Shown: one piece after another, positions 1 through 7,345 of the stretch | Layout: each line of letters begins with the position of its first letter | Numbering within the stretch: position 1 is the first letter of the stretch | Assembly: GCA_904396155.1 (NCBI GenBank) | Contig: CAJFOI010000004.1 | Span: forward strand, 6,485 to 70,484 | From: Candidatus Avispirillum faecium | GTDB taxonomy: Bacteria; Bacillota; Clostridia; Oscillospirales; CAG-272 | Length of the DNA stretch: 64,000 nt | Direction of reading: 5' to 3' | Program-made: the position numbers and the translations under genes | The notes under the pieces: model-generated | Seen by the model: the letters and a program-made list of their open reading frames with translations, nothing else | What the model was told of the DNA's origin: nothing | The model's database searches: none

Positions 1-40
1 GTGTTTGCTATGCAATATGTCTTTGTGACCAGAGGAATGT

Positions 41-1789
41 TCACATGCTCAATTTCCACTGCGCCGTTTCTCTTTGCAGTTCCACCATTCGACGATAAAG
101 GCCGTCCTGCTCCATCAGCTCCGTTGGGGTGCCCTGTTGCGCTACATGACCGTCCTCCAGCACGATGATGTGGTCTGCCCCAGCTACGGTACGCATTCGG
201 TGGGCGATGATCAGCACCGTCTTGCCCTGAAGCAGACAGGAGAGAGCTTCCTGCACAGCGCTCTCATTCTCCACGTCCAGGCTGGCAGTGGCCTCGTCCA
301 GCAGCACCACCGGTGCGTTTTTCAAAAGAGCGCGGGCAATGGAGATCCGCTGCCGTTCGCCGCCGGAAAGGGTGGAACCATTCTCTCCGATCACGGTCTG
401 GTAGCCCTGGGGCAGTTTTCGGATAAAATCGTCGCACCGTGCGGCTTTGGCAGCGGCGATAACTTCCGCATCTGTCGCTCCCCGGCGCCCCAAACGGATA
501 TTTTCCATCACCGTATCCCGGAACAGCACTACATCCTGGAACACCATGGAGGAGGAGCGCAGGAGGGTTTCCGGATCCACCGCAGACACGTCCGTCCCAC
601 CCAGGGACACCTTTCCGCCGGTGACATCCCAGAACCGGGCGGCCAGCTTGCAGGCGGTAGACTTTCCACCGCCTGAAGGACCGATAAGAGCAGTCACTTC
701 TCCCTGTCTGGCGGTGAAGCTCACATCTTTCAGCACACCGTCCCCTTCCCGATAGGCAAAGGAAACGTGATCAAAAGTGATGTCATAGTTTTGCGGTGCA
801 AATTCTTCCGTGCCTTCCTGCACCGGCTGTTCCAGAATGGAGCGCATCCGCTCAATTTGCAGCTTCGCATTAAAAGTGGCAGCAATATTCTGAAGTACCA
901 GCCCAAGCGGGTCATACAGCCTTGCGGCAGCAAAGAGGAACCCCAGAAAGTAGAGAAAGGAAAGTTCCCCGGCTGCCAACAGCGCGCCGCCGGTCAGGAT
1001 GGTGGTTGCCAGCCCCAGACGAAGGAACGCCTGGGCAGAGCAAACGAACACGCCGGTAGCCAGTTCGGAATGGATGGAACCTTTTTCCATGGAAGCCAGC
1101 TTTTCATCCAGCTTCCCCATGTAGGCTTTCTGACGGCTGCATGATTTGATGTCCCGGATGGTTTCCAGCCCCTCCTGGATGCAGTCAGCCACCGCCCGCT
1201 TATTCAGAATGTTTTTTATCCCAAAGGAATCCTGGATTTTCTTGCTTCCTGCCGTCAGCAGGATCGCCACCGGTACCACCCACAAGATAGCCAGTGCCAT
1301 CCGCCAGTCGCAAAGAAACATGGCAACACCGATCACCAGCGTAGAGAAGATGGAGGCAAACAGCTGGGGTACATAATGAGAAAACATCTGATCCAGGCTG
1401 GAGCAGTCCGCGATCATAGTGGAAGTCAGGTCGCTCAAATCCCGGTTCCCGAAAAAGGACAGGGGAAGCCGACGCAATGTCTCCGCCAGACTCACCCGGC
1501 GGTTGGCGCTCTCTTTATAGGTCGCCAGATACAGCGAGGCATACTGAAACCAATGGAGAACAAACAGCAAGACAAGAACAGCCGCACCAAAGCCCACATA
1601 AATCCAAAAGCCGTCCATAGGGCTGCCGCTGCTCTCCATGCAGCCAAGAAGGTGCTGCACTGTGAACAGAACTGCTCCGATAGGAAGCATTAAAGCCACA
1701 TTGCACACAAAACACCAGATGACGGCTTTCACCAAATCCTTTGCCCCTTTTCCACTGAGCGCAAACAAGTGCTGTAATTTCTTCGTCAT
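41..1789 (-). CDS. ABC transporter fused permease/ATPase (half transporter, YbtQ/IrtB-like)
   Basis: N-terminal TM helices; Walker A GPSGGGKST, LSGGERQR signature, Walker B VVLLDEATA, IAHR. Start set at MTKKLQ (ATGA overlap with the upstream gene's stop). Confidence 0.9.
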   Translation of the reverse strand: MTKKLQHLFALSGKGAKDLVKAVIWCFVCNVALMLPIGAVLFTVQHLLGCMESSGSPMDGFWIYVGFGAAVLVLLFVLHWFQYASLYLATYKESANRRVSLAETLRRLPLSFFGNRDLSDLTSTMIADCSSLDQMFSHYVPQLFASIFSTLVIGVAMFLCDWRMALAILWVVPVAILLTAGSKKIQDSFGIKNILNKRAVADCIQEGLETIRDIKSCSRQKAYMGKLDEKLASMEKGSIHSELATGVFVCSAQAFLRLGLATTILTGGALLAAGELSFLYFLGFLFAAARLYDPLGLVLQNIAATFNAKLQIERMRSILEQPVQEGTEEFAPQNYDITFDHVSFAYREGDGVLKDVSFTARQGEVTALIGPSGGGKSTACKLAARFWDVTGGKVSLGGTDVSAVDPETLLRSSSMVFQDVVLFRDTVMENIRLGRRGATDAEVIAAAKAARCDDFIRKLPQGYQTVIGENGSTLSGGERQRISIARALLKNAPVVLLDEATASLDVENESAVQEALSCLLQGKTVLIIAHRMRTVAGADHIIVLEDGHVAQQGTPTELMEQDGLYRRMVELQRETAQWKLSM

Positions 1790-3570
1790 ACCGCTGCCTC
1801 CTTTCCGACTTTCCACTGAGCGCTGCGTTGATAGTCTGCCCACATGGCTGCGTAGACACCGTTTTTCTTAAGCAGATCACCGTGGCTGCCCCGTTCGGCG
1901 ATCTTCCCGTCGCTTAAGACAATGATGTCGTCGGCATCCTGTACTGTGGACAGCCGGTGGGCGATCATCAGCACGGTTTTGTTTTTGGTGAGCACTTCAA
2001 ACGCTTTCTGGATCTGATACTCATTTTCCGGGTCAGCAAAGGCGGTGGCCTCATCCAGCACTACGATGGGGGCGTCCTTCAAAATGGCACGGGCCAGAGC
2101 GATGCGCTGCTGCTCCCCGCCAGAGAGATAGACGCCTTTCGTCCCTACTACCGTATCCAGGCCATGGGGCAGTTTTCTCAGAATGTCATCGCACTGGGCA
2201 GCATGGGCGGCGGAGAGCACCTCCTCCCTGGAGGCATCCGGCCGAGCGGCCCGGATATTTTCCAGCAGGCTCTCCTTGAACAGCCGGGTATCCTGAAAGA
2301 CAAAGGCCACCTGTTCCATCAGGTCTTCTGTGTCCATTTCCCGGACATTGACACCGCCGACGGAAACGGCGCCGCTGTCCACATCAAAGTATCGTGGGAT
2401 CAAGCTGGCGGCAGTGGTCTTGCCACCGCCGGAAGGTCCCACCAGCGCCGTCACCTGGCCGGGTCGGACAGAAAAAGACACATCGGTAAGAACCGGACGG
2501 TCAGCGCCGGGATAGGTAAAGGTCACATGGTCAAAGGATACGGCGGCGTTTGCCGGGTGTCTCCTTACGCTTGCTTCTTCCATGGGTTTCTGGTCAAGGA
2601 TCTCATCCAAACGTCCCACGGCTTCGTCTGCCTCCATAACAGCCTCGCTCATGTACATGATCCGGTTGATCATCTGGCCGCAGGCGGGAGCGAACAGAGC
2701 ATAGAAGATAAAGTTGACAAGCACTGTTCGTACATTCCCGCCAGAGGCCAGCAGCAGCGCCGTCGGAATCAGCAGGGCGAAGGTTCCATTGATAAACGTC
2801 AAAAAACAGGTCTGTCCCATACGGCAACTCATAGCATACTGGCTGGCCAGATTGCTGTAATCTTTGATGGCTGCATAAAAAGCCTTGAAGGAGTACACCG
2901 TCTGCTGGAACATTTTTACCACAGGAATGCCCCGGACATATTCCACCGCCTCACCGCTCATGCGCTCAATCTCCTGCTGATACCGATGGAAGAAGCCCGC
3001 GTTCTTTCCGCCCATCATCAGGCACATGGAAAGAAGCGCCAGTATCATGGTAAACAGGCATAAAAGTCCCATCTTCCAGTCAAAGAGAAACAGCATTACA
3101 ATAGCAGCGATAGGTGTGACCACAGTCCCAGCCAGATCGGGAAGCTTATGGGCCAGCAAATCCTCCGTGAGACCGGCGTTGTCATCAATGAGCTTCCGGA
3201 GCCGTCCGGATTGATTTCCCACAAAGAACCCCAGGGGCAGTTTCAGCACATGGGCCATAGCCGTATGCCGAATGTTCCGGGCTGTGCGGAAAGCCGCAAT
3301 ATGGGTGGACATAAGCGCTGCAAAATACAGGGCGATACTGCCAATAGCAGTCCATACCGCAGTCCAGCCCCAATGAGCCAGACCGGACGCCCCGGCGGGG
3401 ACAGGCCAGGCTTCCAGCACATTCCTTGCCGCCAGCCAGACGCATACGTAAGGAATTAATCCCAATACCGCAGACAGGGCGGAGAGAATACAGCCCAGCA
3501 GGGTAAGATTCTTGTGCCTGCCCGCATATCTTAGGATGCGGGCAAGGCTGCTTTGCTTTTTTGCTTTCAA
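1786..3570 (-). CDS. ABC transporter fused permease/ATPase (half transporter, YbtP/IrtA-like)
   Basis: GPSGGGKTT, LSGGEQQR, LDEATAFADPENE, IAHRLST; TTG start after GGAGG; probable heterodimer partner of the downstream gene. Confidence 0.9.
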   Translation of the reverse strand: MKAKKQSSLARILRYAGRHKNLTLLGCILSALSAVLGLIPYVCVWLAARNVLEAWPVPAGASGLAHWGWTAVWTAIGSIALYFAALMSTHIAAFRTARNIRHTAMAHVLKLPLGFFVGNQSGRLRKLIDDNAGLTEDLLAHKLPDLAGTVVTPIAAIVMLFLFDWKMGLLCLFTMILALLSMCLMMGGKNAGFFHRYQQEIERMSGEAVEYVRGIPVVKMFQQTVYSFKAFYAAIKDYSNLASQYAMSCRMGQTCFLTFINGTFALLIPTALLLASGGNVRTVLVNFIFYALFAPACGQMINRIMYMSEAVMEADEAVGRLDEILDQKPMEEASVRRHPANAAVSFDHVTFTYPGADRPVLTDVSFSVRPGQVTALVGPSGGGKTTAASLIPRYFDVDSGAVSVGGVNVREMDTEDLMEQVAFVFQDTRLFKESLLENIRAARPDASREEVLSAAHAAQCDDILRKLPHGLDTVVGTKGVYLSGGEQQRIALARAILKDAPIVVLDEATAFADPENEYQIQKAFEVLTKNKTVLMIAHRLSTVQDADDIIVLSDGKIAERGSHGDLLKKNGVYAAMWADYQRSAQWKVGKEAAV

Positions 3571-3605
3571 AAAAATACCTCCCTTTTCTTAAAATATTTA
3601 TCATA

Positions 3606-3625
3606 TAGTTAGGACTAACTAACTA
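3606..3625. promoter_or_regulatory. DtxR/IdeR-like palindrome TAGTTAG...CTAACTA upstream of the ABC pair
   Basis: TAGTTAG at 3606-3612; its reverse complement CTAACTA at 3615-3621 and 3619-3625. Confidence 0.5.
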
Positions 3626-3645
3626 CCATGCAAAAAAGATGGGGG

Positions 3646-4263
3646 CTATTGCCCCATCAATTTCAACCAGCCGGCGGTATAGAAGTCACGCAGCTGATCC
3701 ACATAGCGCAGAGCCCGGTCCTCTGGCATATCGTGGACCACAATCTCAAAGATACCGTTGAACATTCCGCTGGCGATAATATGACACATCTGTTCATCCA
3801 ACTCCGGGATGTCCCGCCCCAGGCGGCGGAGGACCTCCATATATTTTATTGTGTATTCTACCTCCACCTCCACCATGTTGTGGACGAAGTGCTCGTAGCT
3901 GGTGCCCTCCGAACGGGTGAGAAGCAACTTAACCGGCTCCCGGTGGGTGCAAATGTAATCCACCATCCAATGGACACAGTCGGAAGACTCCACCCCCATG
4001 TGATCCGGCTGCTGTTCTTCGGGCAGTTCGGCGAAAGAGGTCTGGGCCTCCATAAACTTCCCCATGAGGGCGGCGGCATGAGGTTCCACAATGGCAGTAA
4101 ACAAAGCCTCTTTACTGGAGAAATACCCATAGAAGGCCCCAGTGGTAACACCTGCTTTTTTTACGATCTGCCGCAGGGATGCGCCAAGAAATCCTTTTTC
4201 AGAAAATTCTTCCATGGCAGTCTGTAAAATATTTTCCAATGTAGTAGACACATTTTCCTCCAT
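3646..4263 (-). CDS. TetR/AcrR family transcriptional regulator
   Basis: HTH motif ILQTAMEEFSEKGF..ASLRQIVKKAGVTTGAFYGYFSSKEALF; start at MEENV with GGAGGG RBS. Confidence 0.92.
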   Translation of the reverse strand: MEENVSTTLENILQTAMEEFSEKGFLGASLRQIVKKAGVTTGAFYGYFSSKEALFTAIVEPHAAALMGKFMEAQTSFAELPEEQQPDHMGVESSDCVHWMVDYICTHREPVKLLLTRSEGTSYEHFVHNMVEVEVEYTIKYMEVLRRLGRDIPELDEQMCHIIASGMFNGIFEIVVHDMPEDRALRYVDQLRDFYTAGWLKLMGQ

Positions 4264-4275
4264 AACACCCTCCAT

Positions 4276-4328
4276 ATAGCAGTGTCATATAACACTGCTA
4301 TTATATGCAAAGAAAACGAATTTGTCAA
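4276..4328 (-). promoter_or_regulatory. Consensus sigma-A promoter of tetR with an overlapping inverted-repeat operator
   Basis: TTGACA (4323-4328), 17 bp, TATAAT (4300-4305) on the minus strand; perfect IR ATAGCAGTGT-N6-ACACTGCTAT at 4276-4301. Confidence 0.8.
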
Positions 4329-4391
4329 GAGAAAAATCAAATTTTTTCAAATTACGCAGCTCCAAAACCGTGAATTGACCTTATTACAAGA

Positions 4392-4608
4392 TGAAGCACA
4401 TCAGTGAAAAAAACGGCGTCAAAAAATTCGGATCCGCGACATCCGCCACAGCCACGCCAGCCTGCTGATCGAGCTTGGCACGAACATTCTGCCCGTCAGC
4501 GAACGGCTTGGGCACGAAGATGTGCAAACCACTTTAGACATCTACGGGCACCTGTATCCGCACAAGGATGAAGAAGTCGCGGGGCGCCTGGACAGGCTCT
4601 GTGCGTGA
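4392..4608 (+). pseudogene. C-terminal remnant of a tyrosine recombinase/integrase
   Basis: 4426-4608 translates as IRIRDIRHSHASLLIELG...VSERLGHEDVQTTLDIYGHLYP (box II with catalytic Tyr; HxxR His replaced by Arg). Frameshift in the A6 run at 4421-4426; no N-terminal part. Confidence 0.85.
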
Positions 4609-4713
4609 AATAAGAGAGACGCCTGAAATACCTCAGTGTACTTTTCGTGTACTTCGGGGCAGAAAAAAGCCCCGCAAACCCGCATGGTTGCTGGATTTCC
4701 GGGGTGTTCATTC

Positions 4714-6003
4714 TTATTCCCACTCAATGGTCCCAGAAGGCTTGGGCGTCAAATCGTACAATACACGGTTGACGCCTTTGACCTCAGTCGTGATCCGCTG
4801 CGTAATACGCTGCAGTAAGGCGAAGGGAACTTCTTCTACAGTAGCCGTCATCGCATCTACCGTATTGACCGCACGCAAAATCACCGGCCACTCGAAGGTG
4901 CGCACATTGTCCCGTACACCCACCGACCGCATATCCGGAACGATGGTAAAATACTGCCATACCTTCCCTTCCAGACCAGCCTTTGCAAACTCTTCCCGCA
5001 AAATTGCATCGGATTCCCGCACAGCTTCCAGACGGTCTCGGGTAATTGCACCAAGGCAGCGCACACCCAACCCCGGTCCGGGGAACGGCTGGCGGTATAC
5101 CATACTTTTGGGAAGACCCAGAGCAACACCACAGGCACGCACCTCATCCTTAAACAGCATCTTCAAGGGTTCTACCAGATCAAAGTGCAAATCCTCCGGC
5201 AGGCCGCCCACATTGTGATGGCTTTTGACAGCCTTCACCGTTTTGGTGCCGGACTCGATAATATCCGGATAGATTGTACCCTGGGCTAAAAACCGGATGT
5301 CGTCCAGCTTCCGGGCTTCTTCTTCAAACACGCGAATAAACTCGGCGCCGATAATCTTCCGCTTCTGCTCCGGATCTGCGACACCGGCCAGCTTGTCCAA
5401 AAACCGATCTGACGCATCCACATAAACCAAATTGGCATCCATTTGATTGCGGAATACATCCACCACCTGCTCCGGTTCTCCTTTGCGCAGAAGACCGTGA
5501 TTCACATGTACACAAGTGAGCTGTTTGCCCACCGCACGAATCAAAAGCGCAGCCACCACAGATGAATCTACACCGCCGGACAGGGCTAACAATACCTTTT
5601 TGTCACCCACCTGTCTGCGAATCAACTCTATCTGGTCGGCAATAAAGTTGTCCATATTCCAGTTCGCCTGCGCACCGCAAGTGTCAAACACAAAACGAGA
5701 CAAAGTCTCTCTGCGCGCTTTTGCGTCGAAAGGCAACGCCGCTTCCCCTTTATGATCTATGTTCAGGAGAGGCAAGCCAGATGCATACACCGCCTCAGAG
5801 GCATCTATCTCCACCCCGTCTACCACACGGTTGGGCCCTCCGTTCAAAATGATTCCCCGTACACCTGGCAGCGCTGCCAGGGTCTGTGCCGATATATCAT
5901 GGGGATAAATCTCGGAATATACACCCAGAGCACGGATCTCACGGGCAAGCCTTGGGTTTTCTTCGCTCCCCAAATCCAAAACGAGAATCATATCCTGCTT
6001 CAT
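4714..6003 (-). CDS. guaA: GMP synthase, short form with degenerate glutaminase domain
   Basis: PP-loop ALSGGVDSSV, QGTIYPD, KSHHNVGGLP, RQPFPGPGLG, C-terminal KPSGTIEWE; N-terminal domain only about 115 aa. Confidence 0.93.
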   Translation of the reverse strand: MKQDMILVLDLGSEENPRLAREIRALGVYSEIYPHDISAQTLAALPGVRGIILNGGPNRVVDGVEIDASEAVYASGLPLLNIDHKGEAALPFDAKARRETLSRFVFDTCGAQANWNMDNFIADQIELIRRQVGDKKVLLALSGGVDSSVVAALLIRAVGKQLTCVHVNHGLLRKGEPEQVVDVFRNQMDANLVYVDASDRFLDKLAGVADPEQKRKIIGAEFIRVFEEEARKLDDIRFLAQGTIYPDIIESGTKTVKAVKSHHNVGGLPEDLHFDLVEPLKMLFKDEVRACGVALGLPKSMVYRQPFPGPGLGVRCLGAITRDRLEAVRESDAILREEFAKAGLEGKVWQYFTIVPDMRSVGVRDNVRTFEWPVILRAVNTVDAMTATVEEVPFALLQRITQRITTEVKGVNRVLYDLTPKPSGTIEWE

Positions 6004-6018
6004 AAGTCTTGCTCCTTC

Positions 6019-7212
6019 TTATGCATTTGTAAAATTATCAAAATAACCTTGGATCAGCACGACAGGCGTTCCCTTGTCGCCGGACCCGCTGGTCAGATCG
6101 CTGAGAGATCCCAGCAAATCGGTAAAGCGGCGGGGCGTGGTCCCCTGGGACGCCATATTCCCTACAAGATCTTCTTCCTTTTCCTTAATCTTCTTTTCGA
6201 TGGCCTTTTGAAGTGCCGCTCCCGACAGATCGGCAAAATCGTTGTCCGCAAGATACTTCAGCTTGATCTCACTGGGTGTCCCTTCCAGGCCGGGGGTATT
6301 GGCGACAGATACACAGGGATCCGCCAGTTCCCAAATCTGCCCCACCGGATCCTGAAAGGCGCCGTCTCCGTACACCATAACCTCTACATGCTTTCCCGTT
6401 TTTTCCAGCATCTGTTTTTGAATATCCAGCACCAAATCTGCGCAGTCCCTGGGAAACAGCTTGATTTTTTCCTCGGTGGATTTGTTGGAACCCAAAAGTC
6501 CAAACTTCTCATTATAACCGCTGCCCAAAACCGGGGCATTCAAAATCTCATCCAGCCCATATGCACGACGCGCACCGGCCGCCAGTAAAAGGCGCTTGGT
6601 CCGGGCACGGGAATGGATGTCACAATGAAGTACATCCTTCGTATACTCCAATATACGCCTGGGATCGTTTGCAAACAGAATCTCACACGCAGCTCCTGCT
6701 TTTCGGATCAGATCGTCGTAATATTGTACATAATCCACGCCGGTAAACGGGTGACGGCTTTCACCAAACAACCGCCTGTAATCCTCCAGTGTGAGAAGAT
6801 CTGTATAGGGATTGACACCTGCGGTATCCAGCTGATCCAGCGAGACCAGCGGATTGCCTACCTCGTCACTGGGATAGCTGAGCATCAAAACAATTTTCTC
6901 TGCGCCCTGGGCTATGCCCCGCAGGCAAACAGCAAAGCGATTCCGGGAAAGAATGGGGAAAATCACACCGATGGTGCCCCCTCCTAATTTTTTCTTTACA
7001 TCTTTGGCAATTGCAGAAACAGACGCATAATTCCCCTGCGCGCGTGCTACAACAGATTCAGTAACCGCAATCACGTCCCTGTCCCGAATCACAAATCCAT
7101 CCTGCTGTGCCGCTTCCAAAACACTGCGCACTACTATAGACGACAGATCATCTCCCTGCCGGATAATAGGACAGCGTATCCCCCTGGATACAGTTCCAAC
7201 CTTACGTTGCAT
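6019..7212 (-). CDS. Coenzyme F420-0:L-glutamate ligase (CofE)-like protein
   Basis: N-terminus GIRCPIIRQGDDL..DRDVIAVTESVVARAQGN and C-terminal DLLGSLSDLTSGSGDKGTPVVLIQGY resemble CofE motifs; GGAGGA RBS. Confidence 0.75.
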   Translation of the reverse strand: MQRKVGTVSRGIRCPIIRQGDDLSSIVVRSVLEAAQQDGFVIRDRDVIAVTESVVARAQGNYASVSAIAKDVKKKLGGGTIGVIFPILSRNRFAVCLRGIAQGAEKIVLMLSYPSDEVGNPLVSLDQLDTAGVNPYTDLLTLEDYRRLFGESRHPFTGVDYVQYYDDLIRKAGAACEILFANDPRRILEYTKDVLHCDIHSRARTKRLLLAAGARRAYGLDEILNAPVLGSGYNEKFGLLGSNKSTEEKIKLFPRDCADLVLDIQKQMLEKTGKHVEVMVYGDGAFQDPVGQIWELADPCVSVANTPGLEGTPSEIKLKYLADNDFADLSGAALQKAIEKKIKEKEEDLVGNMASQGTTPRRFTDLLGSLSDLTSGSGDKGTPVVLIQGYFDNFTNA

Positions 7213-7278
7213 GATATCTTCCTCCGTAGCGGTGCAGCAGTCTTACACTTTCCCCAGCAAATTGCAAAGTTTATTTTT

Positions 7279-7307
7279 ATTATATAACACGTTGTACTTG
7301 ATTGCAA
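7279..7307 (-). promoter_or_regulatory. Sigma-A promoter for the cofE-like/guaA operon
   Basis: TTGCAA (7302-7307), 17 bp, TATAAT (7279-7284) on the minus strand. Confidence 0.65.
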
Positions 7308-7345
7308 GAGCAGACATAAGAAAACCGGCAGCAAATTGCGATATT

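Larger units (their letters stand above)
1..4731. mobile_element. End of a decayed genomic island/ICE integrated at the 3' end of guaA (other boundary lies outside the window)
   Basis: Integrase remnant ends about 105 bp from the guaA stop; GTGTACTT direct repeats at 4636 and 4647; typical accessory cargo; guaA 3' ends are known integration hotspots. Confidence 0.6.

Noticed and set aside
4496-4727. Short minus-strand ORFs downstream of guaA
   Set aside because: The region is better explained by the plus-strand integrase remnant and att-proximal sequence.
7213-7345. Possible purine riboswitch upstream of cofE-like/guaA
   Set aside because: Leader is about 60 nt and shows no purine-aptamer core motifs.
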